55,962 bases of DNA, filler included, from Basidiobolus ranarum (GCA_040143965.1; 5 parts of 5 records of this genome joined end to end with filler, not necessarily neighbours in it); one strand, 5' to 3'. Positions 11,574-24,303 are shown, counted from the whole stretch's first letter. The notes: a model not told the origin generated them from the letters alone. Numbers and translations are program-made.

Positions 11574-12595
11574 CCCTAACAAAAATAAAATCAATTTGAA
11601 CTAGAATGTATCCACCTTCCTGAATTGCAAAACCATTAGACAACCATCACAAAGTTAATGGCTTGTATTGTGCCAGGGATTTTGATGGTGTGATGGTGGT
11701 TTCTTGATGGTGTTTTGACAGTATTCATACATGTTAAAGTATTGATCCTCATATTTGGCATATGGCATTTAATATCCAGCACTTTTGCAAAAATCTAATT
11801 TCTAAATGGAAAATTACTGGGCTTACTGCTGTAGTAATATGCTTTAATATGAATGCCTTTATTTAGATATTTTTGGCTTTATATTTCTGCCACAATGAGA
11901 ATCAAAAAGTACAAGAATGTTGTTGTGTTTGGACTCTACATATGCAAATACTTGACTGAGCAGACATAACTCAACAATATCAATATGTTTCATCAGCAAA
12001 CTAATGGTGGAAAAGTTACTAAATATCTGAAATTTTGAATAGCACTGAAACTTGGCAAATAACTGAATTGTGTTACCATTTGCAGTGAGAATAAGCTCTT
12101 GGATTTTGGCAAATTTTCATCAAGAATTCAGCCAACTAATCCCGAACTTGCAGGCAACAAATGTCCTGTCACAAGTAGATGTGTCATTGCTTGAATCAAT
12201 TACCCAATGGCTAAAACAATAATACTGTGAATATCAATCTATCTCACCAAGAAGTCTGTCATGCAGCTTTCCTAGAAATCCCATCAGATAATCACACAAA
12301 CAATTCAGTCTGAATTAAGGAGGTACTTACTCTATGTCCATGGAATGGGCTTTGTTGCTGTTATTGTGCTCAAACAATGCAAGAACTCATGAGCACATTG
12401 AAAAAAGCACATTGTTGCAAGGTTAATAGACTCTGAAGTCTCCTTGACCCATCACTATAGATCTTTCACTGATTTTGCAGATACATTGTTAATCAGATTA
12501 CAATTTGGTCATACTGACAATTTCACATGCAGCATCATTGCTCCACAGGTGCTCTCATTGGAAACTCCCAGAATGTATAGCAATGGCCTAAAATC
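11574..12595. mobile_element. Related DNA-transposon end (inverted relative to the MITE) plus degenerate CpG-poor body
   Basis: 11574-11782 is a diverged reverse complement of 11236-11458 starting with the same TIR. No second TIR. The right boundary is estimated from CpG depletion only. Confidence 0.55.
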
Positions 12596-12604
12596 TCTAC
12601 TTAC

Positions 12605-13146
12605 CTGCAAAAGCCCGTTTCTTCATAACTTCTGCAAAATTCGGTTTTGTATAAATTACTTTTTCTGAGATCTCTATCTAGGACAGCTGGTATATCCGAC
12701 TTCTTGATTTGGTTGAAATTGGATGGGATCCCCTCGTAGGATATGTCTGAGGGTGAATCAAGGTGCAACTCTGATCCTTTTAGCACATGAGAAACATCCC
12801 TCTCTGGAGTGTGCAAGTTTGCGTTGAAAGGAGGGGGATCTGACTTGGAATGTTCTGTTGGAGCTTCATGAGTCCAGGAAGATTTGAAGTCTTCCGAGTC
12901 TGAGGAATTCGCATTTGAAAAATCATTGGAGCTGGCTACACTGTCGCATGAGTAGTTTCTCTTGTGGAGCGTTTCCGGTAGCCAATAGCTACCGGTTAAT
13001 GAGGAGCATGTATACATGGTGTTTTCACGAGACCTTCGCTTGTCCGCACAGCTGGAGAGATTTGGGCCATTCAATACTGGTGTATTGGGGAGTTGGCCGT
13101 AGTGGTTTGGCTTAGAGGGATTGAACCAGATGGACAGTCCCGACAT
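12605..13146 (-). CDS. Tristetraprolin/Zfs1/Cth-family CCCH zinc-finger RNA-binding protein, first exon only
   Basis: LYKTEFCRSYEETGFCR lead-in motif followed by an AG|GTAAGT donor. No downstream YGxKCxFAH exon found in the contig. Confidence 0.75.
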
Positions 13147-13789
13147 CGAGTGTGAGTCTAATGTGACGAGTAGAAGCTAAGATAAGTCACGTTAAGAAAT
13201 AAGCACAAGAATGGATTATCTCGAATAAGATTTGCTTCATGATTTTGGCATAGGAGTCAACCAGCTTTATATACCGCGAGTCCCCTAACTTCAGTTTCAG
13301 ATGACCTCAGTGAAAGTGGGCAATTAGAAAATACTTGAAAATCAGTCGAATGAGTCCTTTCCATGCACCAATCAATGCCCACACAGACGAGCTGTCTTAA
13401 CGTGATGATACTTGAGATTACCCTTCTGTCTTAGTTGCACAGCTAATTCGAATACAATTAATTAGTCACTCAGCTGGAGGAATCGGCCAGGGTATGTTTC
13501 TACGCTGCGTAGAGCACCACTAAAAATATGGAACTGAGGTAATCACTTACTTTTAAAGATCTTAGTAGCACATCGATAGTCTTATATCAGCAACCCACAT
13601 TTTTGAGCCTCTTTGGTCCCAAGAGCTCAATCACTGACCCATGGGCTTTGTAGAGCCGACTCCAGTTGAAATCTAACCACGGAAGAATTCCCATATGTGA
13701 CCATTCAGGGCGTTTCCAGCTGTCACAATAATTCTTAGTAATTCATTACTTATTGGTGACGAAATCCATCGGGAGAGCCCGCCATTTTA

Positions 13790-14780
13790 ACGTAAACCTA
13801 TTTTGCATGGACCCTCTGTGAGCAACGCCAGGGATCGGCAATTGAATAGAATATGCAGTTTAGTTTCTCCTCCGCAATTTAGGACGCCAGTAGTTGGTTT
13901 CAGAAACAGAGTATCATTACCAAAGATCGAACATCGCAGTCTGATGTTACTACTGAATGTCTCTGGCAGGATCCCTAAAGCAGCTAATAGCGGCTGACTT
14001 AGCATGAAGTTGCAATTCAAGGGTTTGCCAACTTAGTCCAAGCAACTCACTTCTGTGTCTCAACATATCAACTCACGTCATGATATGGTGGAATGCTTCT
14101 CCAAACCCAAATATCCACAATGGTGGCTAAGCTGGCGAATCGTGATCGGGATCAGAATACGAGTATAAGCATGGGTAAGAGGGGATTTTCAAGCGAACTC
14201 TACGAGACCGGCATACACCACACCAGCAGGATATAAGTGTGACTGCTGATTGCGAATCGGTAGCTCATCTTCATTGCGATCCATCTCATACCTATACCAA
14301 GTTCAACAACCGAAATAGATGTGTACCGGTTGATACGCCTATCTGGCTACTCTTTGAGACACACTATGTTCAACTACACCTGGATGTGACTATGCTAGAT
14401 TCGAGGAGGTGCAATAGTAAATGTGGATAGATCTTGGACCAGTTTATTTGGTCGGACCCAAGTGGAATTTCATTACAATGGTCATGACGTAATGATTTTG
14501 CCTCGAGGGAATGGTATCGCCGTCGAATACACTGAAGAGTGATGAATCTTCAAGCTTGGCAGACAAACCTTATGTGATGATGAATCTAGGCTGGGCCGAC
14601 AAAGAGCTGATCTATATCTCGAAAGGTTAAAAGGATTGGCTATCAAAGATGTTTGTTTTTGTTTCCGCTGATTCAAGTAAAAGATGTGCCTTGTTACGTC
14701 ACAGGCCAAGACCAAATAACTCGCTAGGTTTGAGAAAATATTCAATTTCTGGAAGCTTATTGTGTATCCATGAACATTGT
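13790..14780 (-). mobile_element. Degenerate non-LTR retrotransposon (L1/Tx1-like) 3' remnant
   Basis: Frame-broken fragments LKPSELFGLGL (14702-14734, cf. lPk..GGLGl after RT) and CGGETKLHILFNC (about 13838-13876, cf. zf-RVT C..ET..Hl...C) are in the expected order. Boundaries approximate. Confidence 0.4.
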
Positions 14781-15703
14781 AAAATATACGACTCAGCTCC
14801 TATGGAGATAATCCCAACACGGCGACTCTGCCCGCATTATCATGGCAATTGTGAGTAAAGGTTTGGTCATGATACGACGCTAGAAGACTCGTACCAGCGC
14901 AAGAACATCGATGAGAACAGGAATTATGTCCTGGCCACAATGATAGGACATATCAAGCGTCAAACATTGTGTGCACTTTCAGATGCACTGATATAGCCAT
15001 AACCATCGATATACATGCTTCTATTGGTGGACATGCGACATCTACCAAGGATATCAGCAATTTATTGGTTGTGCAGGTAGTGGATCTTTCAATTAGTGTC
15101 CTCTGTTGGCAACGAATCGATCACCTAGTGCCAAATGAGAGCATCAATCGGTGCATCTACTGTCCCTCAATTAAAGTGTATAAGCCACAATCCACATAAA
15201 TAGTTAAGGTGCAATATCATAGCAACCACATCTATTCGCTTCGGAAACAATCGGTTGTGAATCACCCTGGTCTCTGACTCTACGTATGATTATGACTGAT
15301 ATTGAAAACCCAGTAGAGCGACAGGATTCAATAATGCTTCGATTGTTAGCACGTACTAAATAAAGCAACGATGTCTGACTCTGAAGACATTCGATAACCT
15401 GGAGTAGCTAAATCAAATCTGAGAATGCACGAGAATGCCATGGATTGAGTAGACTTATGTGTCAGCATAGTGCTGTGATTTGGAGAGGATAAGTGATGCT
15501 AACCCGGTTGTGATTCAATTACTGATATTTCTAAGCATTCCACTGAGACAATGAGAAGGCAACATTCAGAAAGTGCTGGATACATGATGTAAAAAAGGCA
15601 ACTAAAATGATTCAGGAAGTTGAAACATTCTTGCGTACTATTTATTCTTCACAATTAGATATGATATGACACGATTATAAACAAAATACCATGCCTTCAT
15701 TAA

Positions 15704-16961
15704 TTATATTTTGATGTTGAAGTAATCATCACGAATCTGAATGGCGTTGGAAACCCCCTCAACAAAGAGTCCGTCCATACCTTGCTTAAAGTAGAAGTCC
15801 AATTCTTGTTTACGGCTTTGTTTGGTACATTTCACGGCACATCCACGCTGGGAAGGCTCGTGGCTGTCGTAGAATGTGTAGGCAACGGCACGTAGTTTAC
15901 GTTTGTGGATCTCCTTGATGAGTTTGTGGGGTGGAATGAATCCTCCAAGCTTACGAATTTCCTTTTGATCCCACTCGATTTTGTTGTACTTGTACTCAGC
16001 CTCAACTCCAGTGAAGAAGAACTCCTTCCATGGACCAACATAAGTAGCAAAGGTAGCAATATCATCTAATCCCTTGGGAGTCATAGCCCAAGCGTTAGCC
16101 CAAACTAGCATGAGGATATCATGGTCGGAGCTCTTGGCTAGATATTTGGCAGATTCAACCTCGAAATTTTGTATAACAACGTGGCCACGAGGAATGGCAA
16201 CCTTATCTTTGCGAATGATGTGAGTGGCATTTTTAATTTCACTATGACGGCGGGGATAACCGAAGCGTGCTAAGGTATCCAACACTAAGTTTTCAAAAAA
16301 GTGGGGAACTTTACTATGCAATTTGTTGTTATGTGCAGCATGTTTGAGTTCAGGAACAATACCTAGATTTCAAATGTAAGTGAATAAATTCAGCAATTCA
16401 TATGTAGGAAAAATCAAACTAACCAATCGGGCGATCCAATCTAACTGAAAGGTTCTGAACTAATGTGAGATACTCCTCGAAGGTGGGGATTTCGAAAACC
16501 TGGTTGAAATATTGTGGACGTACGCCGACTTTAGCCTGTTGAACTTTGAGAGTCTTCAACTCGGCCAATGTGAAATCTTCAATGAACCAGTTGTTTGCTA
16601 TTGTGGTTTTGACGTCATCCAAAACATCAGTCAAATTGCGCTGTCTACTGGCAAACTCTGGGTGGTCGGCGATATCAGTAGTAGACTGAAGAGAGAGGTC
16701 ATGGTTACAAACCAAATGACCATCCTTGGTGACAGCAAGGTCAGGCTCAACATAATCTGCTCCCTCGATGGCTGCCAAATGATATGATCCCAAGGTATGT
16801 TCAGGCATCATAGCCTTGTCACCACGATGACCGAAAATCAAACTGGGCTTGCCATCTAGGGTGTTCCATTTTTTATGGGCGTGAGATTGAACTGGAGCAG
16901 AAGCAACAAGTGAGATGGTGGTCAGGGATAGGAGTCCCACGATGGACGCTTTGAACAACAT
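15704..16961 (-). CDS. Secreted glycerophosphodiester phosphodiesterase (GlpQ-like GDPD), 2 exons (16961-16424, 16362-15704)
   Basis: Signal peptide; IFGHRG, PEHTL, EPDLAVTKDG, CNHD, FTLAELKTL; a 61-bp intron restores GIVPELKH. Confidence 0.92.
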
Positions 16962-19900
16962 TCTTTGGTCCCAGGACGTCTAAAAGAATCGCTTGAGTGA
17001 TCATTGAAACACGGCAGAGCTGAGAGTTATATACTCGTCAGGGATTATGTTACCTGCACCTCTAATAAGTGTGCAGGTAGAACAGGAAACATCAATCTCA
17101 TGTTGGATTCATTGGACAAGCTTAATCGAGAGTAGTGAATACAGAATTTTCTCACCTAGTACAACTCTTGTGCAATGCCAATCTCTCAATTACCAATGAA
17201 TCCATGAGATGAAAACATGAACAATCCGAAAGAGGCACCACAGCCACTTGTCTCCACGAATATCCATACAAATAGGAAAGCGAAAAGGCCGTCCATTTCT
17301 GAAAGTAGAAAGTATGAAAACGTTTTCACTATATTGGATAGGATGAATTTGACGTGATCAATTCGCAGAAAGTAACTATCGAATACCGAACCAGAAACCA
17401 GGAGAGTAGAGAGCCTCGGAAGCAAATTGGACACGCTCATGATTTTTGGTAACATCATTCGACGGACGAATAGAACAATATTTTGCTGTTTCGAAAAGTG
17501 GTTATTATTGTGCATGTTTTGTGTATGCTATCTGAGGGCTTTATTGCGCTACTACCGTAAGCACTTCATGAAGTTATGTACAAGGACACTCTACTATAAT
17601 ACACGAGGATTATTCTCGGGCAATCGTAAGCCTGCTAGATGGTTGAAGAACGAGAGTATCGTTATGGGATGAATGTTACCTCAAGAGCAGATATTAGGAT
17701 TCTAGTGCAAGATGATTGGATTACCTGATGGTTTCAAGTTTCACTCTGCTTCTATAGCCAGTTAAGGCAAACCTAGAGTCCACTATGTTCCACTAACGGA
17801 ACGTGGACCAGGCTACAACTCTGGTAGACTTGAGCATTAATGCAAGGTACACATGCAAACTTACGTGATAATCATGAGATTTCTTATTTCTTGATATAAT
17901 TTCCGACTGCCTTTGCTTTTTTTGACCCTAGTTGATGCGATGGGTTATCTGTCATGTTCTAATTGGCCACCTTGTTGTTACATGGGCAGTTTCTGTATCC
18001 AACGTGAATTCAATCCTTGACGTCAAGCGGGGAAAGATTATTCATGTAACCACACCCTTAGATTTGATCTTCTACCAATACATCCATAAGCCAAGCATAA
18101 TGAACTCGAAAAGGTACACAGGATTTGAATCTCACACTTTTGATCGATCCATCATCTGACGAAATGAGGCTGTCTTCGTCCTGAAACCACCAAATAGGAA
18201 TTGGTGAGGATTTTTGCCGAATAAATCCGCCTCTTGGTAAACCGATTCGGCCAAAAGTCGCCATTGCAGCTCTAAAACTAATTTGCTCTGTTGTGGTACA
18301 CTAGATACCAATTTTTGCGCAATCATCACGAGTCGTTTGGATTTAATGTATATAATTATATTGTCCTATGGGACAGTTCAAGTTAGCTATCTTCATCGTC
18401 GCACCTTCTATCACCAACGCTGCCAAATTATGAAACTTCTAAATGGATTTACAGAGATGGAGTATATTGAGATCACTAAACTGCCCCTTTTAATTGGTCC
18501 AGTGTGCCAAGGAGACGGTGAATGCTCACTTGGTGCGACGATGGAACAAATCCAATAATCATATTCTGGCACACCTACCTTGCGTATTAGGGCTCTGATT
18601 GGCGTGGACAAGGATCACTTGGCTAGTGACGATTTCGAGGCTAATTACTTTGGTATGATGGGAATATTTTGCTGAGAGATCACCATACGTTGGATCACTG
18701 TGCATATGATAGAAGTGGTAACTTTACAGATTGAATTCTGTGACACACTGATCGCTCGTCGTTAAATAGATTTCTTTCTCGCACTAATAAGCCATAAATG
18801 GATTGCTGTATAAGTTGCCCGGCAAGCTGACAATTGGCCATTACCCTTATTCATGTTTGCCACCGTATGTTCAGCCATTAGCCCGCAACCGTGTGCTAAT
18901 CAAGCTTAAATGGAATTGTCACTAATGACCGCAGTTGAGAACGTTCTTAACAAATACTTGACTTACTTCCCTCTACTGGGATTTAGTCTATATGCAAGAA
19001 GTGTAACGTACCGCCAATATATCCCACCGCGGGTCACTCATTGTGAGCATGTACTGAAGGGCTCAAATATGGAATGTGAGTTGTGTTTGCCGTTCAGTTC
19101 TTTATAAGGACCCAATGCTGTGGCGATTACTAATCACCATATGCAACTTGCATATCTCCACCGTTATATGACCAAACTGTACAACATTTGAGGCACAGTA
19201 CCGGCGAAAAACCTGTCATTAACATACCTGCCTGGATATCATTCTCCGAGCTTGGAGTTCCCCCTTCAGCCAGATGGTTAGTTTTGTAATCGTTGAAACC
19301 ATGTTCATGTGATATTTCTACCACTTTTAAGTGCTCGGCTACCCTACTAAGTTCCACACTATGCTAATGACATGTCCAACCAGGCCAGTGTATTTTTCAT
19401 AGCGGTCGCGGAGACACAGGTAAGGAAGCAAACAAGCAAGATTTACAGCAGTAGCCAATGATCCCGCTAATGCGCGAACCGTAAATCATTCGTTACCGGT
19501 TATTCACAAGTTAGATTTGACAACAAATATTAGCAACTTACGAACGGATTAGGATATGGATTATATAATCTTGGTAGATCAACTAGCTTCGCGTGCAGCA
19601 TTCTTTTTAGTTTGGTAAATAGAATTGATGCCGAATCAACAGGAATCTAGTTATTCGGGTGAGATGCTTTTCTACATGTTTACTGAATTGCTCAATAGAG
19701 TATAGTACTAGAGTGAGCTAAAAGCGCACAATGACCTATTGATCACATGGCTTAAATCAGGTTTCACTAGTAATTGTTTTACCAATATCAGCTTGTTTAG
19801 CGAACATATCTTATGTCAGGCTGTAAACATAATTTGATCTCTTTCAGAACCAGATATTCATTTTCGCAAATGTTAATGAAAAGTGCATGGTGTCAAATAC

Positions 19901-20002
19901 TACTATACTTTAGGTACTCTCAAACTAGGCTACATGTCTTCATACATCACTATCCTACTGACTAAGTTTCTTTTCACATCCTTTTAAGCAGCGCTACGTT
20001 TC

Positions 20003-20113
20003 TGTTGAAATTTATTATCATTCTCATGTTCCTTGTCCCTCTTTCTACATATCTAGTTGTTCCACATATCACATCAAAGTCAAGTAATAATAATCAGACA
20101 GATAATACTTGGC
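20003..20113. mobile_element. Fragment of an LTR-like family (family C), TGTTGAA start
   Basis: Diverged homology with 49652-49762 beginning exactly at TGTTGAA. Confidence 0.5.
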
Positions 20114-20166
20114 ACAAAGTAATGGAGACTTTCTGGTTACACTTAGACTAATTAGTTGAGGGAGAG

Positions 20167-20514
20167 TGTTAAAATTAGCATTGCCTAGACACCTATATAG
20201 TCATATATAGCTTAATACTTAGTTATCTTATATTTCACCAAGATATTCCCCATTATTCTCAATCGAAATTTATTTAAAATATTGACACTAACTTGGAAGT
20301 TCTCAGATATATAGATTTTTCAAACTGGTGCTAGAAACCCCAAACTTTGCACACATTTTCCTGAGACCTTTCTTAACACATTCAACATGCTAGTTTACTT
20401 ACATCTTGACAAAACTAAAAATGTCAAATTTCTACTCAATAACTCAATAAGTGAAAACCACCAATTTCTCAACTTCTCCAAACCACTTCCAACAGGCTCC
20501 CAAATACTTTAGTA
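20167..20514 (-). mobile_element. Solo LTR, family A (reverse orientation)
   Basis: Reverse complement of 21752-22098 over about 348 bp; one terminus eroded, no clear TSD. Strand is relative to the other copies. Confidence 0.8.
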
Positions 20515-20767
20515 TAAGGGACATGAAAAGTTGCATCACTAATTTCAAACTTTTTTAAACTTACTTTTATATGGTTTAACTTATTTCAATCAAAATTTTA
20601 GGCAAAACAGTCAGTTTTTGAAGTATTATCTTCCATATTATATATACTTATGAATAATAGGCTTAGCTCATGCTCAAATAAGCTCTAAATCTTGAAATCC
20701 CTTTATATACTCTCCATGTTTTCCCATTCATATATCATAAAGTCCCTGTATTTCCTCAAGCATAAAC

Positions 20768-21090
20768 TGTTAAAGTATTTGGGACCCTGTTGGAAGTGGT
20801 TTGGAGAAATGGAGAAGTTGTTGGTTTTCAACTATTGACTTATTGAGTAGAGAGTTGACATTTATAGTTTTGTCAAGATGCAAACAAACTAACATTCAGA
20901 ATGTGTTAACAAAGATCCTAGGAACATGTGTGCAAAGTTTGGGGATTCTAGCACAAGTTTTGAAAAGTTTATATACCTGAGAACTTCAAAGTTGGTAAAA
21001 TATTCTAAGTAAATTCCAATTGAGAATAATGGGTAATATCTTAGTGAAATATATGATAACTAAATATTAAACTATATACTAATTTTGACA
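20768..21090 (+). mobile_element. Solo LTR, family A
   Basis: TGTTAAAG...TTTTGACA, flanked by TAAAC/TAAGC (5-bp TSD, 1 mismatch). Confidence 0.85.
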
Positions 21091-21101
21091 TAAGCAATAT
21101 A

Positions 21102-22200
21102 CAGTTGGGGTTAGTAATGTTTCATCCAAAAAGTGCAAAAAAAAGCACAATGAACACTCACTTTTCATGTTCAACTTATGAACAATGTGGACTAGCTTCC
21201 TAGCATTTTTTGTATAACAACTTATACATCTTGATTGTTATAAAACAAAAAATTATTCAATTCAATACTTTGTTGCCTTGCCCTTGGCATCTATGACAGC
21301 TTGGTATCTTCTCCCCATACTTGCCACTAATCCCAAGGCAAACTCAATTGTCATATTTTCCCAAACTTTGGTTATAGCTTCAAGCTTTCAGTGTCTTTAA
21401 TAATAGCCTTCAGGCTATGCAACTCATGAGACAACTCACTCCAAATGTGCTTCATTGTATTCAGATCTGGGCTCTGAGCTGGTCAGTTCTCCAAAACATC
21501 CAAGGTGTTACTACTCTTCCACCACTTCACATAACCACCTGAATGACAAGGCAAGTTTTCTTCCTAGAAGGTGTACTTCCTACCTTCAAAATGGGGTAGC
21601 TCATTGTAACATGGAAGTAATTGTCACAACAAACAATCAACATACAAATCTTGGTTCTTGATGCCATCAATGAAAACTAATGGGCCATAGCCACCAGCCC
21701 AAAAACAAGACCAAATCACCAAACTGCCCCAACAAACCTGACAGTTCTTTGTGTTAAAGTATTTGGGAGCCTGTGGGAAGTGGTTTGGAGAATTAGAGGA
21801 ATTGGTGGTTTTCACTTGTTGATTTATTGAGTGGAAAGTTGACATTTATAGTTTTGTCAAGATGTAAACAAACTAATGTGTAGAATATTTTAAGGAAGGT
21901 CCCAGGAACATGTGTGCAAGGTTTGGGGCTTCTAGCACAAGTTTGAAAAGTTTATATATCTGAGAACTTATAAGTTGGTAAAAATATTCTAAGTAAATTC
22001 TGATTGAGAATAATTGATATTATCTTAGTGAATTATAAGATAACTAAGTACTAAGCTATATATGACTATATAGGTGTTTAGGCAATGCTAATTTAACACT
22101 TAGGAGGTGGCAGCTCTTGTAATGCTCACCTTGTTGTGTCCAAGAGAAAAGTGGATAAAAAGTCTTGAACTTTACTGAACCAAAGAAACAGTTAAGTGCA
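21102..22200 (-). mobile_element. Tc1/mariner transposon remnant (DDE transposase pseudogene plus one TIR), interrupted by a solo LTR
   Basis: TA|CAGTTGGGG terminus at 21100-21110. Motifs GSLVIWSCFWAGGYGPL, N*PAQSPDLNTMKHIW and LVASMGRRYQAVIDAKGKATKY*. Right boundary approximate. Confidence 0.9.
21752..22098 (+). mobile_element. Solo LTR, family A, nested in the Tc1 transposase
   Basis: TGTTAAA...TTTAACA, 347 bp, TSD CTTTG/CTTAG. Confidence 0.9.
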
Positions 22201-22363
22201 GAATCTTAGAACTGATTAAGCAAGATATATTAGCAGAGCAGATCTAACTAAAATATGTCTTGGGAATAGCAGTGGGTTGCTATGTTACAGTAGAGAGTAG
22301 GTTTGCTAGGCAGCTAGGCTTGGTGTTCTGTAGGTGCTAGTGGATACTAGGCTTGGATAGAAA

Positions 22364-22463
22364 NNNNNNNNNNNNNNNNNNNNNNNNNNNNNNNNNNNNN
22401 NNNNNNNTTAATTAATTAANNNNNNNNNNNNNNNNNNNNNNNNNNNNNNNNNNNNNNNNNNNN
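22364..22463. other. Artificial contig linker
   Basis: N44-TTAATTAATTAA-N44. Confidence 0.98.
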
Positions 22464-23391
22464 CAAGGTATTCAAACGTCCAATTGGCACCATTCTCAGC
22501 AGCAACACCTGCAAAATAGGGGTGAATATTTGCCATACCAACATCCACTTTAGAAAGGAGCTCCTTGTCGCAGTTGGATCCAAGTTCAGTGGATGACACA
22601 GGAATAGTGTATCCCAAACTTCTGACTTGCGTACGAACCTGGTCAATATACGAATAAAGTTTGGCACGAGTGGTATCTTTACGAAATAACATTTCATTAC
22701 CAACTGACACAGCATCGATGTAATCCGTCCCATACTTCTTCAGAACTCTGAAGAATTCATCGTATTGGCGCTTGAAAGTGACTTCATCTTTATCTACCCA
22801 TATAGTTAAGGTAACTTTGGTATCAGTTTTCAAACGCTTCACCGCTGACAAAGTAAATTCAGCCTGTCCACAATCCATACCGTAAAGACGAATGCGATGC
22901 GTTAATTGGGATAGAACCTTTACATCCTCAATCACGTCATTTTCAGTAACCGAACAATAAGGATACTGTGCATTCTCGGATGTATATCCGATACCATAAA
23001 ATGAACGAACTAAGGAGGGATCCTTCTCCCATTTAATGTAACCATCAGCGTCGGTTTCATAATGAATAGTTTTGTTATTACGACTCTTGGGAATGAGGAT
23101 GACAGCTGCCGCTATAGCTCCACCGAGGATTACAAGGAAGACAAATAATCCTACAAAGAAGCACGTACGGTTCTTCTTAGTACTACGCACAGAACGTACG
23201 AATCTGTGGAAGTTTCCCTGGCCTTCGTTGGCTGGGTCGCTGAATTTCATTTGATAGTTTCCATTGTTGTATGGTTGTATTTTAGTTGTTGTAGGAGAAG
23301 GTTCATACGCTCTAGAAGGGTTTGTTGTGTTATTGTAATTTGTGTATGCCGGCCGGGGCTCCGGAAGATAATCGTGGTTGCGCTGGGACAT
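22464..23391 (-). CDS. Membrane-anchored GH17 endo-1,3-beta-glucanase (BtgC-like), 3'-partial
   Basis: TM helix FFVGLFVFLVILGGAIAAAVILI; SFYGIGYT, RIRLYGMDC, VSVGNEMLFR, MANIHPYF; cut by the contig edge. Confidence 0.9.
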
Positions 23392-24200
23392 GCTTGGATG
23401 TCAATGAATATATGTAATGATAACTATTCGATATCTAAAGAGAAGCGGGATCAAAAAGAAAGGAAAGGAAGCTCGCACCTGGTAAAATAAGAGTAGCAAA
23501 TGGGGAGATGAATGATTTTATGTGAAAGAGATTTTTATACGGGAGTGACAACTAGATTATTGTGTAAATCAGAGCCCGCTTCCGACCAGACCAGTTGTTG
23601 GGAAACTACCAACGTAATTTCTAATTTTAGTAAGGTTATATTAGATTATATATTAGGAATGATTGTATCACAGACCCGAGTGGACAAGAAATACTCTTTT
23701 GGGAATAGGAAAGTTGATAATAGCAACAGGAACAAGTAGTTATATGGAAAACAATCACGTATCAATGTCGGAATTTCCATAGCGAATATCTCGTCACTAC
23801 CCTAACCTTTTCTTCATTTTCATTTAGTGTTTAGTGAAAGTGCCTGACTATATTAGTAAAACCATTTCTACGGACGCCAGAAATCATAGAGAAATCGTCC
23901 AATGAAACATTTTCGGCAATGTGCTAATCTTTCCATATATGAAGTTTATCTAACTTTAGCTTATTTCCATCAAACATGTCCACCTGTTGATTTCATTTGT
24001 GTAGGCATTTGTGTATGCGAATACTTCTAGTTAGGGCCGATTGACTAAATTACCCTAACTCAATGTGAACTCTGTGCTTCCAAATGGATTATTCCAATTG
24101 GTTTATTCCATATAATAATGTTCTGTAATGGACTATGATACTTGGTTGATAAGAACCCTATACTATATACATAAGTTGCTTGGAAACGAACTAATGATTC

Positions 24201-24264
24201 TATAGCTAGCACCATGTAGTTTATTACACATTTATAGCTAGCACCATGTAGTTTATTACACATT
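24201..24264. repeat. 32-bp perfect tandem duplication
   Basis: TATAGCTAGCACCATGTAGTTTATTACACATT x2. Confidence 0.95.
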
Positions 24265-24303
24265 GAATGAGTAGGAGCAAAGCTTACATAATAAATAGAA
24301 GGC

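Noticed and set aside
17932..19357. Cluster of 65-91-aa ORFs on both strands
   Set aside because: No motif recognised in any frame and no consistent splice model
20167..21090. Long-TIR (foldback/MULE-like) transposon formed by the two inverted ~340-bp repeats
   Set aside because: The units have their own TG..CA ends and 5-bp TSDs and occur singly elsewhere, so they are solo LTRs
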